Source: an uncultured Clostridia bacterium
GTDB taxonomy: Bacteria > Bacillota > Clostridia > Oscillospirales > CAG-272
Direction: 5' to 3'
Assembly (NCBI GenBank): GCA_947631765.1
Contig: CANRMP010000012.1
Location: 248-64,247, forward strand
DNA: 64,000 nt
In this document: positions 63,272-64,000 of the stretch, piece after piece
Layout: each line of letters starts with the position of its first letter
Position numbering within the stretch: position 1 is the first letter of the stretch
Notes under the pieces: model-generated
Seen by the model: only the letters and a program-made list of their open reading frames with translations
What the model was told of the DNA's origin: nothing
Databases searched by the model: none
Translations under genes and position numbers: made by a program

Positions 63272-64000
63272 TTAATCGTTGCTCGCAAGTGCGACAAGGT
63301 CTTCGTATTCTATTGCTCCTATCATATATTGATACAGGTAATACAAATCAAAGCTGTCTATAAAGCCGTCCTTGTTAACGTCGACAATGGCGTCGTATTC
63401 AACGTCTATTGCTCCGATATTTATCTGATATACATAGAGCAAATCTTGCATATCGCAATAACCGTCGTGGTTGGCATCGAGTAATTTATATATTGTGATT
63501 CCGGTACCGCTGGTATAGAGCCACTCAATTTTTGAACCGAAATCAGTGCCGTCGGCAGTGACAGCGCTTGCATTTTCGACGTTGAAGGATGTCCACATAT
63601 CACTCGCTCCGTCTCCAAGCTCGCCTGAGTTGATCTCAAAGTAGAGTACCACAAGGGCAGTTTCGTCGGTAATTGTAGCGTTGACAGCCTTTTGATTTTC
63701 ATCGGGCGTTTGTGCCATAACGCTGACATAGCTGCTATCGAGCCTAACGGCGCCGTCTTCTTCGGTATTATATTTTACGTTGTCTTTTACAAGATATTTA
63801 CCGTCAATGAGCTCGCTTACAAAGTCATAGCCAACGAATTTCATGTGGTCAGCATCATAATTTACGTTGAAACTAATGCCCCAAACTTCGGTTCCGGTTT
63901 CAAGCTGACTCCTAAGGCTTACAGTGAGAGCGACAACAGAACCGTCTGTGACGGCTGCGCCTTCAAAGTCGCGGTTTTCAGCCGAAAGAAGGATATCAAG
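63272..64000 (-). CDS. cohesin-like + type-I dockerin protein; N-terminus runs off the right edge
   Basis: ORF track starts at Met 63844, but the frame stays open to 64000 (my translation: ...EVWGISFNVNYDADHMKFVGYDF...). C-terminal duplicated Ca-binding loops DANHDGYCDMQD and DVNKDGFIDSFD form a dockerin. Confidence 0.8.
   Translation of the reverse strand, partial: LDILLSAENRDFEGAAVTDGSVVALTVSLRSQLETGTEVWGISFNVNYDADHMKFVGYDFVSELIDGKYLVKDNVKYNTEEDGAVRLDSSYVSVMAQTPDENQKAVNATITDETALVVLYFEINSGELGDGASDMWTSFNVENASAVTADGTDFGSKIEWLYTSGTGITIYKLLDANHDGYCDMQDLLYVYQINIGAIDVEYDAIVDVNKDGFIDSFDLYYLYQYMIGAIEYEDLVALASND

Overview
Chromosomal segment of about 50% GC from a spore-forming Clostridia-class Firmicute. 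That assignment is inference, based on SpoIIE, CotH, cohesin/dockerin modules, an SPKTG sorting signal and a PduL-type phosphotransacylase. No rRNA, tRNA, CRISPR array, transposase or integrase was seen. Gene order: (1) minus-strand block guaA(partial)-purB-purA-purC-asnB, with an Asn (AAC) T-box leader in front of asnB. (2) A nitrogen-assimilation locus made of two divergent operons. One is type III glutamine synthetase plus an Amt::P-II fusion. The other is a split archaeal-type glutamate synthase, a GS-I-like protein and an ANTAR regulator. Both operons start with perfect TTGACA-17-TATAAT promoters followed by look-alike hairpin/terminator switches. (3) An OmpR/HK two-component pair plus an 8x PepSY repeat protein. 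(4) A solitary DpnI-like methyl-directed restriction gene in a lower-GC pocket. (5) Housekeeping and envelope genes: mltG, a CPBP protease, 5-FTHF cyclo-ligase, DJ-1, tmk-like, ftsK and uppP. (6) Wall or spore-related secreted proteins (CHAP, SH3-like, Zn-ribbon/TPR/RCC1, CotH) and spoIIE. (7) A heterodimeric ABC exporter. (8) A MarR-flavoprotein-ABM-flavodoxin cluster. (9) LCP-like, TepA-like, pduL, mrp, an atypical winged-helix regulator and a dihydroorotase-like protein. (10) A glycan-utilisation and surface block with two GH43 genes, a PC4/YdbC-like gene, CBM9-like proteins, GH4, a sortase-anchored cohesin protein with His/Cys-rich repeats, and a cohesin+dockerin protein running off the right edge. 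The most interesting signal is a candidate nitrogen-control circuit. The GS-I-like gene carries substitutions at three catalytic or metal-ligand positions. It sits next to an ANTAR protein whose receiver lacks the phospho-acceptor Asp. The leaders of both nitrogen operons display the same AAAGGC hexaloop hairpin in competition with intrinsic terminators. All protein calls come from reading the supplied translations and aligning to family motifs from memory. No database search or folding program was run.
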